From: Cycas panzhihuaensis
Taxonomy: Eukaryota > Plantae > Cycadophyta
Reading direction: 5' to 3'
DNA: 64,000 nt
NCBI GenBank assembly: GCA_023213395.1
Contig: CM041465.1
Span: forward strand, 134,981,741-135,045,740
Within the stretch, counting starts at the first letter, position 1. Each line of letters begins with the position of its first letter. This document shows positions 27,131-40,650 of this stretch, piece by piece. Made by a program: the position numbers and the translations under genes. Under the pieces are notes generated by a model. It worked only from the letters and a program-made list of their open reading frames with translations. It was not told where the DNA came from and did no database searches.

Positions 27131-30100
27131 TGCTCTCAAGGATGAAGTCACCTAAAGGGTTATTGTATAGATTATAAGTTTTTAGGTGTCCCAACATGAA
27201 TGGAGTATCTAAGATGAGATATATATAGTTGTTCTAAGTATCTAATATAAGATCTTATGGTAAGGTGGGAAGCAACTACCCCTTTAGGAGGGAAGCTTCT
27301 TAAATATTAAGAGGTGGGAGGGACATATAACTAATAGTTAATAAGTTGACTTGAGTAGCCTTGTTAAGTATGGGCAAGTACCAGGCCATAAGAGGGTATG
27401 GGGTTTTATCATGGTTGTGTGGTATATACATGTGAAGCTTGATAGCTCATACCTAAAATGTAGGAGGGTCATATATTTTTAACTAGCTCTTGATGAAATA
27501 ACTATATAGAATAGGCATGAAAAGATGGGTAAGGTAGGAGATGCCATACGTGAAAGGGTTGCCTTGAGAAGGATAACTTAATCTAACTAATGGGACAACA
27601 CCACCTAGTGATGGAGGAGGGGTAATTACATATAATAAAGAGGCACTTGGCCTAATATAGTAATGAGTAGTTTGTATAGATCCCTATTAAGGCCCTACTT
27701 GAGAAGTCTCTAGTAGGGGCGCGTGTTATAAAATAATAAGAGATTCAATCTAAAGATCATGGGTATGATCACTAGGATTAATACCTAGGGAAGATGAGTG
27801 AGTAGAAGACATGTTCTCTCCTTACTCCTATGCAATGATGTATACGCAAGAATGGGTTAAGGTGATAATACCTAGATCTTACTCAAAGGGATGTGCCATA
27901 AATGGAGGAGGATTACACATAGATACACTATATTCATCGTCATGAAAAATGCATCTTATATGGTCCATGTAATAATTATTCAACGATGTAAGTGTTCTTA
28001 TCAAAGATACATTATTAGTTAGGTCATGTTATTCTCTAATAGGGACCTCATATAAGTCAAGATTTTTAGAGTACTCAAATGGATTCAAGGTATCTTAAGA
28101 TATAAAAGGAGTAGTTGTAGGGTTTGTAATAAAAGTTTTTAAACCTTCTTAAAGAGCAAAGGTATCATATTGGAAAGGTGATAAAGAGTCTTTAGGAGGA
28201 AGACCTTAAAATTCCCCTAAATCACCTAAGTGGGATGTGAGAAGGATCCATGAAAGAGGGAGGTAAGGAAAATAGGATGTGCAAAAATCATTCAAATAAA
28301 ATGAAGGAATAAATTGAAGTAAACTAGATGGATGTATGTTAATGGAAGACCCCAATGATATGGAAGGGTAAATGAGCAACTAGGAGGTTTTAATGAGTTC
28401 GTAGTATGGTTGCCAAATGATTTTGGTTAGGGTGTGTCTCTCCAGGAGCCTCAAACAAAAGGAAAGATCCTCTCAAAGATAACTAAGGTGATAAGTCTTG
28501 ACATATCCTTAACTCTCTCTTGAATAAAAGAGAGATTTCTTTTTATGTGTTTGAAAAGATAAAATGATCTAATAAACCACTAACTAATCAATAATCAAAG
28601 CAAAAATAAATAAAATAAACTCAAATTACTAAATAATCTCTAATTATTTCCTCTAAAATAGACAAGTAACCATACAAAGACTCCTAATAAATAAGGGGGT
28701 AATCGAGGTCTTTACCCTAAAGTGTGTCATCCTAGGCTCCTTATCAACTAATAACCTAAGCCCTCCTAGAGATGTAATCTAACTTAGACCCCTATCCAAC
28801 TATAAAGGAAAGATTATGTTATATTAACTAAAAATTGATAAGACTAACAAGTGAGAAGACTTAAAAGATCTTAGACCTTAGATTAATAACCTTATCACTA
28901 GGAGCTTCCTCACTAAATGATGATCCACCTATAAAGGTGAATGAATTAGGGATGCCCACATTTAATTGTAGTGAATCTTATGCACTTAAAGGTGAATAAA
29001 AAAGAGAGGATCCAATTTTAACCCAAAGTATGGTAGGAGATTGCTAACTTTGGAGTTCACAATATGACATAGAATGAATAGTCTCTAATAAGAATATGTT
29101 TATATGCCAAGAATATTAAGTCTCAATCAATCAAACCTATCCTTACAAAGAGAACTCTTCGTTCTTGAAGAAGAGTGAGCTTGTATGTCAGGGATGCCAA
29201 GTCTTGATGAATAAAAAATACTATTATAGGAAGAATAGGATATAAACTTAGGGAAAATAAACAATGACATACACTTATGATGCAAGTTAGTATGTCTTTT
29301 TTATTAAATGAAGCCAATCACATACCTAAACTATGCATAAACTATATAATTAATAAAAGTAAGAAAGTACATTCACCCTAATGCATTTATATGTATGTGC
29401 AATGCTTGAGATATACTATTTTTCTTTTACTTTTCTTTAAAACCTAAATTACAATGCAAATGTGGTATAAATCCTAAGAACACATAGGAAAGAAATTTAG
29501 ATTCTTTTATTGTGCTTATAGTTATCCTAATTATAAATTCTTTTAGCTCTATTGTATTTTCTATTTGCTAATTAGATGATGAAACATAATTGTATCCTAA
29601 CTTTTCCTAACTAGAAAAGGTAAAGAAAAGTGAAGAGCAAATGAATTGGTTTTCTTTCTTTTATTTTTATTTTAAAAGTACTCATACCATAAAACAAAGA
29701 TTGAATAAAGCTCATTCATTTTCTTCCCTTTTTCATGTTTTGGTTAAAGAGTAAACCTAAGAAAAATATATACCTTTAACCTTTTTGTAGGATCACTCAA
29801 AAAGATAACCAATGAAAAAGAGCTCCAAAAGAAATAAACCAATGTAGCTTGCAACACCAAAGTTACAAGTATGTATATCTCTATCATTGATATGATAATA
29901 TAACCGAATTCACTATCTAAACTACAAGGTTCTTGGCATAACTCTAGTAGAATTTTAGCTACACCTAAAGAGTTGTACAAAAAGAAAATAAGAAGATAAC
30001 TTATAACCCTATGGATGAGGGTTTACAACTCTCTTTGAAATTTTCTCAATAAAACCACTCATCTTCTCAAGGAGAGTTCATTAGTACTTAGGCTATATAA

Positions 30101-31279
30101 GTAAACTTCTCAACAAGGTATGAGTAAGAATTTATTAAAGGGAGGTTAATTCTTCAAATAAACTAATCTATACTAATGAAAATTCAAAATACAAAACATA
30201 TATAAAATAAGAAACTAATTCATTTTTCTTTTTAGCTTTTAAAACTCAAAATATAAATTAAGAAAACTCATTTGAAGTCAACATATAAGAAACTAGATTA
30301 AATTACCAAAATTGAAGTGGAAAACCATTAATAAAAACTTAACCTAAAAGGAGAGGTGAGAAGCTGCATCAGATATATGCTTTCATGACTCCCAAGCGTT
30401 CCAAGCAAGGTTTCAACTCCATAAAGTATATTAAGAAAACTCTCTGAAGTGGAATAGAAACTAGAATAAGAGATTGAACAAAGAAGACGAGGAGAGAGTG
30501 GAAAAAAATGTGGCTAAAGGAGGAAAGTAAGAAAGATGATATTATATATAATCTCAAGTCTTCAAAATCTCTAGTTAAAAGCCTACAATTCTCTTTGAGA
30601 AAGGTTCCCCAAGTGTTGAAGGTTTATCTCCAAAGGGTGAGTCATCAATCTGGCAATACTTCATTTTACAAAATGGTCTCCTATTTTTCTTAAGAAATGG
30701 GCAAGTATTTTTAAGAAAATTTAGGGTGAAGTACCGAGTAAAACAAAGGGAAAGTTGGGCCATAATTTTGTAGGAAACTATGTCTATATCATAGGAAAAA
30801 ATGATTCACCATTATATCTTTTTTAGTGTAAAAGTTAACAGTTGTAACAAATAGTTAAAACCACAACATATTAAAAACAACTAAAACTATAAAATTTAGA
30901 ATTTATCATGGTTTATTAAGAAGATCATGGTTTTGGCAAAGTATAAAATTATGATGAACAATCAAAATTATAATAAATGAAAAAGATCTTCAAAGTAAAA
31001 AATCTTCAAAAAATAAAATCAATTCCTCTTTTAGGTGCACTAAGTAAGGCTAATGAAGAGATAATTAGAGTAATGCCATCAAAAGAGGATGTGATGAAAG
31101 TCACTTATCAATAAACCAACAACCCAAAATTTTATGAAAAATGCCAAAAAGGACTAGAGCGATGCTTAGAAGTGAGCCTGGAAGTACCATAAGAATGAAC
31201 ACATTAAGATCTCTATATCATAGGCAGTGATCAAGCAATCATATAATTCCCTTGGTTAATAAATGATGGTATTACTACA
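26830..31279 (-). mobile_element. 5' portion of a Ty3/gypsy element (putative LTR, leader and gag), truncated
   Basis: Minus-strand gag remnant at ~26830-27130 preceded by a Pro-rich stretch; candidate LTR start TGTAGT on the minus strand at 31279. Inner LTR boundary unresolved. Confidence 0.6.
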
Positions 31280-31706
31280 TATCTATGTGTCTCTTTGTCT
31301 TTGAACCACCCATCTTCTTATTAATGTCATGTTTCTACTACAATAACATGTTGGTGTTTGGTTGAAGTATTGATGCCATAAAATCACATTATGCATACGA
31401 CACTCAATAATAGCTCAATGTAGACTCAAAATCTTTCAAGCTTTGATATGCTAAAAAAACATTAGAAAATAATATATTCTTAGCCAAATAAGATTCCCAT
31501 AGAGAAGAAACATGCCTAAACATTAAAAAGACACTTCAAATCTCCATTTCTCCTAATAATATCTATGTTCTAAGAATATGAAATTGATCCATTTTTCAGA
31601 TCTTTAATTTCATAATACTCTTTAAAATGCCTTGTTATATTTATTTTTCATATTTGTAACCTTCATTTAGTAGAAAAATTCCATTGAGATACTTAAAAAA
31701 ATGCAA

Positions 31707-31935
31707 AGTAAGTGCAACCAAGTGGGCTATAAGTGCAACCAAGTGGTCTACAAGTGCAACCAAGTGGGCTAGAAGTGCAACTAAGTAGACTACAAGTGCA
31801 ACCAAGTGGTCTACAAGTGTAACTAGTGTAACTTGAAGTGTAACCAATTCATCTTGAAGTGCAACCAGTGCAACTTGAAGCACAACCAGTCTATCCTGAA
31901 GTGTAGCTAGTACGTCCTCAAGTGCAACCAGTGCA
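31707..31935 (+). repeat. 21-bp tandem repeat in the 5' LTR (copy at ~37636-37840 in the 3' LTR)
   Basis: About ten degenerating AAGTGCAACCAAGTGGTCTAC units. Confidence 0.9.
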
Positions 31936-32963
31936 GAAAAATAGAAAAATAGAAAAAAATGAACAAACGAAAAAATGGGAAAATGACTACGATTTGAACA
32001 GGGAAAAAGGAGTCCATTTCATATAAAATTTTAGGAGGACAAGTTTAGATATGTCCTCTATGAAACAAAAGAAGAAAACCCTTGAATAAATGGATTTAAG
32101 TTGGTTTTTTAACTGTTCATAAATTAGTTGAAAAAACTAAATGGAAAAAACTATTTAGAAAGAAACTATGCACATCAGGGTTTTAAAACTACCAAATTTC
32201 TTCAAGGAAGAGGAGGAAGGATGTCTAACAGCAGTAAATGTAGTAAGAAGAGTAAGATTCATGGGGAGTTAATGCAAAATAGCTTTCTGAAGAAGAAGAA
32301 TGACTCCATGACTAAAAACTACGTAGGAGAAACAGAAGGAGAAGAAGTGCAAGAACAAACAGACAAAAGGAGCAATAGAAAAATGCATAGATCTATTCAT
32401 GGGTATAGTGAAGGAGCCCAAGAAGGCTTAGTTGAAGCTAAAGAGAAGAAGTAAACCAACTGTAGTAGTCCAAGAGAGATGCCAGGTGGAAATCTTCTCT
32501 AAGAAAGGGTTTTTGGTTAAACGACAACCAAAACTTCTCACATAGCTAATTGGTAATGGTTCTAAAGAGTGTGTAGCAACCCAAAATATGCCCAGCACTT
32601 ATTTCTTCTCTCCCAACTTACTGTAACAATCCTATGCATGCTCAATAGATTACAAACATAAGGAATTTTGTAAGGAAAACTTTAAATATTTTTAAATTAA
32701 TGTAACATTATTGTAAATTTGTTCTGAATTTATTTTGATTAGACTAAGTCTTTACTTTTCCATTCAAATTTGGATCAAATATTTTGGTATCAGTGCTATT
32801 TTTCTTGAAACCCTTGAGAATTTAGGGATTTTTTAAAGAAAAAAAGAGAAAACCCTCTTTGCTTTACCTGCGAATTTTTTTTATGAAAACTAGGTTTTAA
32901 TATTTGTTAATTGGTGAACCTTTAACTGAACCACTTGAAAGAGAGCGTAGACAGTGAAGGAAG

Positions 32964-35900
32964 ATGGTTGAGTTAGAGAAAAATATGGAGGAAAGGTTTA
33001 TGAAGATGGAGCAAAATCTTGATAGACTAACCCAGCTTGTGGTGTAACTAGTCTCTCAACAAGGTGCAACTTCTTCAATAGCCAAAGGCATAAAGAAGGA
33101 AGAAGATGAACTAGTGAAAGAGGTAACAAATGAAGAACAGACAAAAGACCAACAAGAAGAGGAAGAAGATGACAATCCATTGGTAATAATACATCTATTC
33201 AAGATAGAGGCAAAACTTGAATTGCCCATTTATGGTAGAACCTTAGATACCAAAAGGTTAGATGGGTGGTTGGACCAACTTGAAACCTATTTTTCCATTT
33301 ATGGGTATAAAAACTAGTAGAAAAATACTTTTGCTAGGTTAAAATTATCGAAGCATACATTAGTTTGGTGGAATGCATATCTTAAATCCCATAATGTAAA
33401 TAAAATTACCTGGCAGCAATTTAAAATCCTCATAAAGAAGTAATTCTATCCTATTAGGTATGAAGAGTAGTAGAAGATTAAATGGCAATATTACCAATAG
33501 GAAAAAGGGCAAAATGTCTAAGACTATACAACTGAATTTCAAAAGCAAGCTGTTGTATTAGGCATCTCTTTACTGGGTAAAGACATCATGCTAAAGTATA
33601 TTGGAGGACTACACCAGCATATTCATCAAGAACTTCAATTATTTTAAGTTAAATTTCTCGATGAAGCCAGCAAGAAGGTGATTGCCATAGAAAAGAGGAA
33701 CAAGAAGCTTTTTGCTAAGAGGAAAAGGTTTGCACCTCAAGAAGGTAGCAACAAACCTGCCTAAGGAAAGAAGTTTCCAACTAAACTTGGACAATAATCA
33801 ATTGGGGGTTTTGGCAAGAAGAAACAAGCCAATACTACCTAAATCAAAGTCACTTGTATACATTGCAAGCAAGCGAGTCATAGCATAGAAGATTATTAGT
33901 TCCTGCACCTAGAGAAACAACCCAAAAATAAGGGAAAAGGTAAAGCTAAAATTGAGGGTAAAGTTTTACTTAACTCTGTAGGTGATGAAGATGTTTGTGG
34001 CATTGAAGGAGCTAATGAGAAGATGATGCTCATGGTTAATGCACAGCCTAAAAACAACCATCAACAAGTTGATCCAGAGATTAGAGAGGAGCTCTTCATG
34101 GTAAGAATCTAAGTGAAGCAAAGTATGGTTGATGTCATCTTTAATGGAAGAATCCAAAAACATTTAATCTCAGAGGTATTGGTAAAGAAGTTGAGATTTA
34201 AAATGCATACACATCCTAAACCATACCCACTTGGATGGCTGCAAAAAGATTTAGAGTTATAGGTTACTCACCAATGTAAGTTTAAATTTGTAATATCTAA
34301 AAAGTTCATTGACGAAGTTGAATGTGAGGTAGTTCCTTTGGATGTTTGTTAAGTTGTGTTTAGAAGCCTATATCTCTATAATAGAGATGGAGTTCATCAT
34401 AGGAGGTTGAGAAAGATTCGACTCATTAAGAACAGGAAATCATATTTGATCAATGCATCAAAGCTGCAAAAGAAGATCTCTCTCATATCTTCCCAACAAG
34501 TGAAAAGATTGATTAATGCTTATAGGAAGTTTCTGCTATTGATGATAAAGTAAAAGGTGGAAGAAAAAGAGTAAGTAGAGTCCTCAATATAGGTGTTGGA
34601 TAGGAAATAAGTGCAATAAATTAAAGGCTTAAGGAATAGGTATAATGATATATTCCAGGAGTCAAAAGGGTTACCTCCTAAGAGGGCAATTAAATATGAA
34701 ATCCAATTAGTTGTCGATTCACCTTTACCAAATCTTAGTCTCGACCAAAACTCATTTTTCGAGAATGAAGAGATTAAGAAGTAGATTCAAGAACTCTTGG
34801 AACAAGAAGTGATCAAGCTGAGTTATTCCCCATGTGGTTCACCTATTGTTTTGGTGTTGAAAAAAGATGCAGGATGGAGAATATGCATTGACTACTAGGC
34901 TTTGAATATGATCACCATAAAGAATTGACATCCCTTACCATAGATAAATGACTTGTTGGGCCAACTACAGTCTATAAGATATTTTAGAAAATTTAACCTA
35001 AAATCAGGCTACCATTAGGTTCGAATCTAGGAGGAGGATACTTGGAAGATAGCCTTCAAATCGAAGCAAGGGTTGTTTGAATGGTTGGTGATGTCTTTTG
35101 GTCTGTACATCGCACCTGCCACCTTCATGAGGTTGATGAATGAGGTATTAAGACCCTTCATTGATGACTTTGTAATTGTTTATCTAGATGATATTCTGAT
35201 TTTCAGTCAAACTTAGGAGAAGCACCTCCAAAATGTCAAGCAAGTGCTCAAAGTTCTCTAAGAGCAGTAACTGAAACTTAATATGAAGAAATACGAGTTT
35301 GGAAAGCAATCTCTCATGTTCCTAGGTTTTATAGTTGGAGGAGGAGAATTGAAGATTGATCCAGCAAAGATTAGAGTCATTCTCAATTGGCCCACACCCA
35401 AGACAACCATAGAGGTAAGAAGTTTCATTGGTGTATGTCAATATTTAAGAAAATTTATTTTTAGATTCTCTCAAATTGCAGCACCTCTTCATGCATTGAT
35501 AAGAGGACATGCAAAGTTTCATTGGGAGAATAAATAAGAGAAAGCTTTCAGGCTTTTGAAGTAAAAAATTTGTAAGGCACCAGTGTTAGCCTTACCCTCA
35601 TTATAGAAACCATTTGAATTAGAGACTAATGCTTTAGCCTATGCAATCAGAGCAATGTTAAAGCAAGAGGGAAAAGCGATAGTATACTATTTAGAGATAT
35701 TTAATGGAGCTATCATAAACTACCTAACTTATGATAAGGAGCTCTATATATTGCACCAAGCAGTTAAGCATTGGAGACCATATTTATTAGGAAAAGAGGT
35801 GGTCATCCACACTGACCACAAGCCTTTACAATTTTTGCAGACTTAGTCCAAATTACAGCAGGCTAGGCACATGAAGTGGATGTCCTATTTGTAGCAGTTT

Positions 35901-37468
35901 CACATCGTGGTCAAGTATAAGAAAGGCACAACAAACAAAATTGTAAACTTGTTGTCTAAACCTCCTTAATAGTAAGGTATTTCTAGTTTGTTAATAGCTA
36001 TGTAATTTCGGCCTTTCTGCCATGATGAATATGTTAATTTATACATGGAAGATAAGGCATTCAAGCCTATCTTTAAGTAGTTACAATAGGGAAAAGTAGT
36101 TGTTGATTTTCAACTAAAAGATAGCCTTCACTTGAAGCAAGATAAGCTTTACATTCCAAAGCATACAGACTGAATGAAATTGGTAAGAGAAGCTCACACC
36201 TCTTGAGTTGCAGGACGGTTTGGAGTGGGAAAGACATTATTGAACTTGCAGTTATATATGTATTAGCCAAATATATAGCAAGACATGACTACAGCAGTAT
36301 AAGGATATACATTATGTAGCACATCAAAGCTCGATAATAGGAAGTTTGGATTGTACACTCCACTTCCTGTTCCATCACAACCATGAGAGAGTATATCAAT
36401 GGATTTCCTTAGAGAACTACAACGAACCAAAAATAGTATAGGCTATTTATTTATAATTATTGATTGGTTCAATAAAATGGTAGTGTTGATTCCCTATAAA
36501 AAGACACATATAGGAGAAGACATAGCTAAATTATTTTTCTAACATATTTAGAAGTATTTTAGACTTCCCAACTCAATCATTTCTGATTGAGATAGTAGAT
36601 TTCTGAGTCAATTTTGGTAAACGCTTTAGGGAATAATGGATATGAAGTTAAAGATGAGCATAGCCTTTCATCCTCAAACAGACGGCTAGACTGAAGTCAT
36701 CAATAAGATGTTGGTATAACTGTTACATGGATATAATGCTAAGCATCCTAAGACTTGGGATAAAAGTCTCATATACTTGCAATTTGCCTTCAATAGAGCT
36801 ATCCATAGCTCAACCTAAAGTCACCACTTGAGGTATGTTTGGGATTTCTACCTGTAATTCCATTCAATCTAGAATTTTCTACTCAACTTTTTGTTGGAAA
36901 TGAGGAGGAGGAAGAAGGAAATGAGAAGGCATAAAGATTCTTGGAAAGAATTAGAAAAATCCATCAATAGGTTGAGGAGCAACTTCAAAAATCTCAACAA
37001 AGATACAAACAGAGGTATGATGCACATGGAACTAGTCATTCCTTTAAGGAAGGAGATAGAGTTTGGTTATATCTCAGTAAGAAATGATTGTAAGGGGAAG
37101 GTAAAAAGCTAAATCTTATACGTTATAGTCCTTTTACAATCTTGAAGAAGATTGGGAAAAATGCTTTCTAGCTTGAACTTCCAAAGTTCATGAAGATGTA
37201 TTCAGTAGTAAATGTTAAGAATCTAAAGATGTTTAAGCCATCCATATTGGATGAAGATGAAGATAAATTTCCACTCTTACCAAATCCAGAAAAGTTACAA
37301 GTAGAGAAAGAGGAACTAATGCAAAATAATTGCATTCTTCAAAGGAAGCAGACCAAGACTAGAAGAGGCACGATTGAGTCCTTCATAATTACAGAAAAAG
37401 GACAAGTACCTAGCAAAGCAAAATGGTACAACATAGAGAAAGGGAAAGTCAAATTCCTCCATCTATAA
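32964..37468 (+). pseudogene. gypsy gag-pol (gag, zinc knuckle, protease, RT, RNase H, integrase, chromodomain-like tail), decayed
   Basis: KRLDGWLDQLETYF; CIHCKQASH; HPKPYPLGW; [13 protein letters not shown]; TYDKELY..VKHWRPYL; AFHPQTDG*TEV; tail ...KGQVPSKAKW...KFLHL*. Confidence 0.92.
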
Positions 37469-38898
37469 CTATAAGGTTCATGAGGCTATAAACTCCTAAA
37501 AAAAGGGAGTTTTGATCCATTTTTTAGATTATTAATTTTATAATACTCTTTAAAATACCTTGTTATATTTATTTTTTATGTTTGTAACCTTCACTTAGTA
37601 GAAAAATGCCATTGAGATGCTTAAAAAAATACAAAGCAGGTGTAACTAAGTGGTCTACAAGTGCAACCAAGTGAGCTATAAGTGCAACCAAGTAGGCTAC
37701 AAGTGCAACCAAGTAGACTACAAGTGCAACCAAGTGGTCTACAAGTGCAACCAAGTGGTCTACAAGTGTAACTAGTGTAACTTAAAGTGCAACTAGTCCA
37801 TCTTGAAGTGCAACTAGTACAACTTGAAGTGCAACTAGTGTAGAAAAATGAAAAAATATAAATAAATAAAAAAAAAGAAAAAAGAAAAATAGTCACGATT
37901 TTGATGGAGAAAAAGGAGTCTGTTTCACACAAAATTTTAGGAGGATGAATTTATATGTGTCCTCTATGCAATAGAAGAAAAAAACCTTTGAATAAATGGA
38001 TTTAAGTTAGTTTTTCAACCATTCATAAATTAGTTAAAAAAACTAAACAGGAAAACCATTTAAAAAGAAACTATGCACAACAGGGTTTTAAAACTGCTAG
38101 ATTTCTTCAAGGAAAAGGAGGAAGGATACACAACAATTGTAAACATAGTAAGAATAACAAGATTCATAGGGAGTTAATACAAAATAACTTTCCAAGAAGA
38201 AGAACAGCTCCAAGACTAAAAACTACATAGGAGAAACGGAAGGAGAAGAAGTGCAAGAAGAAACAAATGGAAGGAGTAACAGAAAAATATCCAGATCTAT
38301 TTGTGGGAGCAGTGAAGGAGCCCAAGAAGGATTAGTTGTAGCCGAAGGGAAGAAGTAAACTAGCTGTAGCAGTCCAAATGAGACGTTAGGTGGAAATCTT
38401 CTCCAAGAAAAGAGTTTTTGGTTAAATGGCAACCAAAACTTCTCACATAATTCATTGATAATGGTTCCAAAGAGCATGTAGTAGCCTGAAATATGCCCAA
38501 CACTCATTTCTTCTCTCCTAACTTGTTGTAGAAGTCCTATGCATTCTCAATAGAGCACAAACATAAGGAATTTTGTAAGGAAATTTTTAAATGTTTTTAA
38601 ATTAATATAACATTATTATAAATTTGTTCTGAATTTGTTTCAATTGGACGAAGTCTTTACTTTTCCATTCAAATTCGAATCAGAAATAGATTCCAAAATC
38701 TACTCAATTCATGGTTTTGGAAGAAAATCTTTTATTTACTACAAATACCTTATAAGAATAGCTCTAACATTTGCCTCATGGTCATTCTATCTCTTAGATT
38801 AAATATATTAAATAAATAGTACCTTACTCAAATATAGAGATACAACACATTAAGGATATTATCCTTTCTACACTCTTGTAAGTACAACACCACTATTA

Positions 38899-39263
38899 CT
38901 CTGATGCCATATTAGCAAAATAATAATATGATATAGAGATAAAGAAGAAATAGCATATGATATAGAGAAGAAATAGCATATGATATCTTATTATTGGTTA
39001 TATCTAGTCTTGATTTCTAGCATACTTAAAAGATGTTATATCTCAATGAGGGGTGGCAAATAACAAACCTAAATTACATACTTAACTTGATAATAAGGGT
39101 GTGATGATTAAACAATGAACAAATTGATATTAATATACATAATAATATGGATTATATTAATGAATTAAGAACTAAGATTATTTAATTAATTATGAATATG
39201 CATAACCTTTAATAGAAAGGTCTATTGTAAATATATATACCTACATATTTGATTAGATTAACA
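38899..39263 (-). mobile_element. Possible minus-strand LTR plus Met PBS of an element interrupted by the chromovirus
   Basis: CTCTGATGCCA at 38899-38909 reads TGGCATCAGAG on the minus strand; the adjacent ~350-bp segment begins TGTTAA (minus strand) at 39263. No partner LTR found. Confidence 0.35.
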
Positions 39264-40049
39264 CCTTTTGGAATTTAATATAAATTTTCTTTGCATCTTA
39301 TAATTTGGACTTGTTCATGCCTAATCTTTTGATCATTATGATCTAGTGCACTATCTTATTTATTTTATGATGTTGACTTAGTTAGACTACTTTACACTTA
39401 GCCTAGCCATGTACATGTTGTGGGTTAATGGAAGGGAGATTTATTACTACATAGCTATATGCTATTTCTTCTCTATCTCTTTTATCCTTTTTATTATTAT
39501 TAATATCATTGATTAACTATTAAATATTTCTATAAGCTAGATATATAAAATCCCTTTACACTCCTATGCTTTAGCATTATGTGTTGTTTTCAAATCTTAA
39601 AAGGTTGCTCATAGGTATATTTTAATTAGTTTGTGATTATTGCATGATATACCTAAGGCTAAGAAGACTTTTTTTTTTCTAATATTCTATTAATATATAT
39701 AATGATCAAAATATATAAAAACCTACTGATTGTTAATGATGTTATGAAAGCTTTAACTTTTGTATATTTGTCCCAAATGAAGATATAATTTTCTAGTATA
39801 TGTATACATTATTCCATATGTATGTTTAATCAAGATCAACTTAGGCTTATAGATATAAAGAATCAAGTTTCTAGTAATGATCATATGTATATTACTCATT
39901 TTAATGTTATTCCCCTTATATATTTAGAAATAATATTAATTTAGACATCAAATTGAGTAGGTTAAGAATTGTTAATATTGCAACACAACTATTTAGAACT
40001 CAATGCATATGGGGTTATTATATTATAAGTACTTGGAATTTTACTTTAG

Positions 40050-40650
40050 AAAATATGGTAGATGAGGATAATGAAGAAGTGCATATAAAGCTAAGTGTTA
40101 TTTTCCTAAGACATCCGAGAAGAAGGAAATAGAAAAGACAAGAGTGGAAAGTCTCTTGGAAAGCTAAAGAAGAAGTATATGATATGCAAAAAATAAAGTG
40201 GGATGCTCATGTAAAACTCTAGCATAAAAAATATGTGGAATGTAAAGATGAGTTGCATAATATAGAAGAGGAAGCTAGTGCATGAAATAACAAAAGAAAG
40301 AAAGTAATGAATGTAGAAATCAAGAAATATAAAGGTGCATTCTTAGTTGCTATAAAGGGAACCATAGAGGACAAAACATAAGAAGGTGGTCAAGGCATGC
40401 TCTTTGACTTTGTTAAATATATTAAGAAACATAAGTATATACCTTTAGAATACCTAGTTAGAGAATTCAATCTTTAAACTCAAGACTATATCAACTATAT
40501 ATTATCCCCAGAGAAAATGTATTGGTTTTTTAAATTTATAAATGATAAAGATAACTACATACATATCCCATCAGAGGAAATAAAATTTATTATAAAGTGT
40601 ATGAGAAGTCAAGGGTGATTAAGTATTATAAATCTTGCTAAGAAAGTATA
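40050..40650 (+). pseudogene. DDRGK1: Decayed DDRGK domain-containing protein 1 (UFBP1) copy, probably processed
   Basis: Continuous frame with stops: KRQEW...IEEEA...EIKKYKGAFLVAIKGT...GGQGMLFDFVKYIKKHKYIPLEYLVREFNL*TQDYINYILSPEKM...NDKDNYIHIPSEEIK...RSQG*LSIINLAKK. It matches plant DDRGK1 as I recall it (EFEKWKGEF...QGLLFDFVEYIKKHKCVPLEDLAAEFKLRTQECINRI...DDRGKYIYIS.EEM...RQGRVSISHLA). Confidence 0.85.

Larger units (their letters stand above)
31585..38682 (+). mobile_element. Full-length Ty3/gypsy chromovirus, CRM-like
   Basis: LTRs 31585-32777 and 37513-38682 with TGAT...ATCA termini; TSD GAAAT on both sides; Met PBS TGGTATCAGTGC (32785); PPT AAAAAAAGGGAG (37498-37509); ~15 mismatches in the first ~135 LTR bases. 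Confidence 0.93.

Noticed and set aside
29843-31279. Exact LTR with TGTAG...CTACA termini
   Set aside because: An alternative TGTAGT end exists near 28967, no convincing PBS follows either, and there is no partner LTR; boundary left unresolved.
31641-31883. Heptad-like ORFs (LVALVDH repeats; also 37569-37932)
   Set aside because: Translation artefact of the 21-bp LTR repeat; starts differ between the two LTRs.
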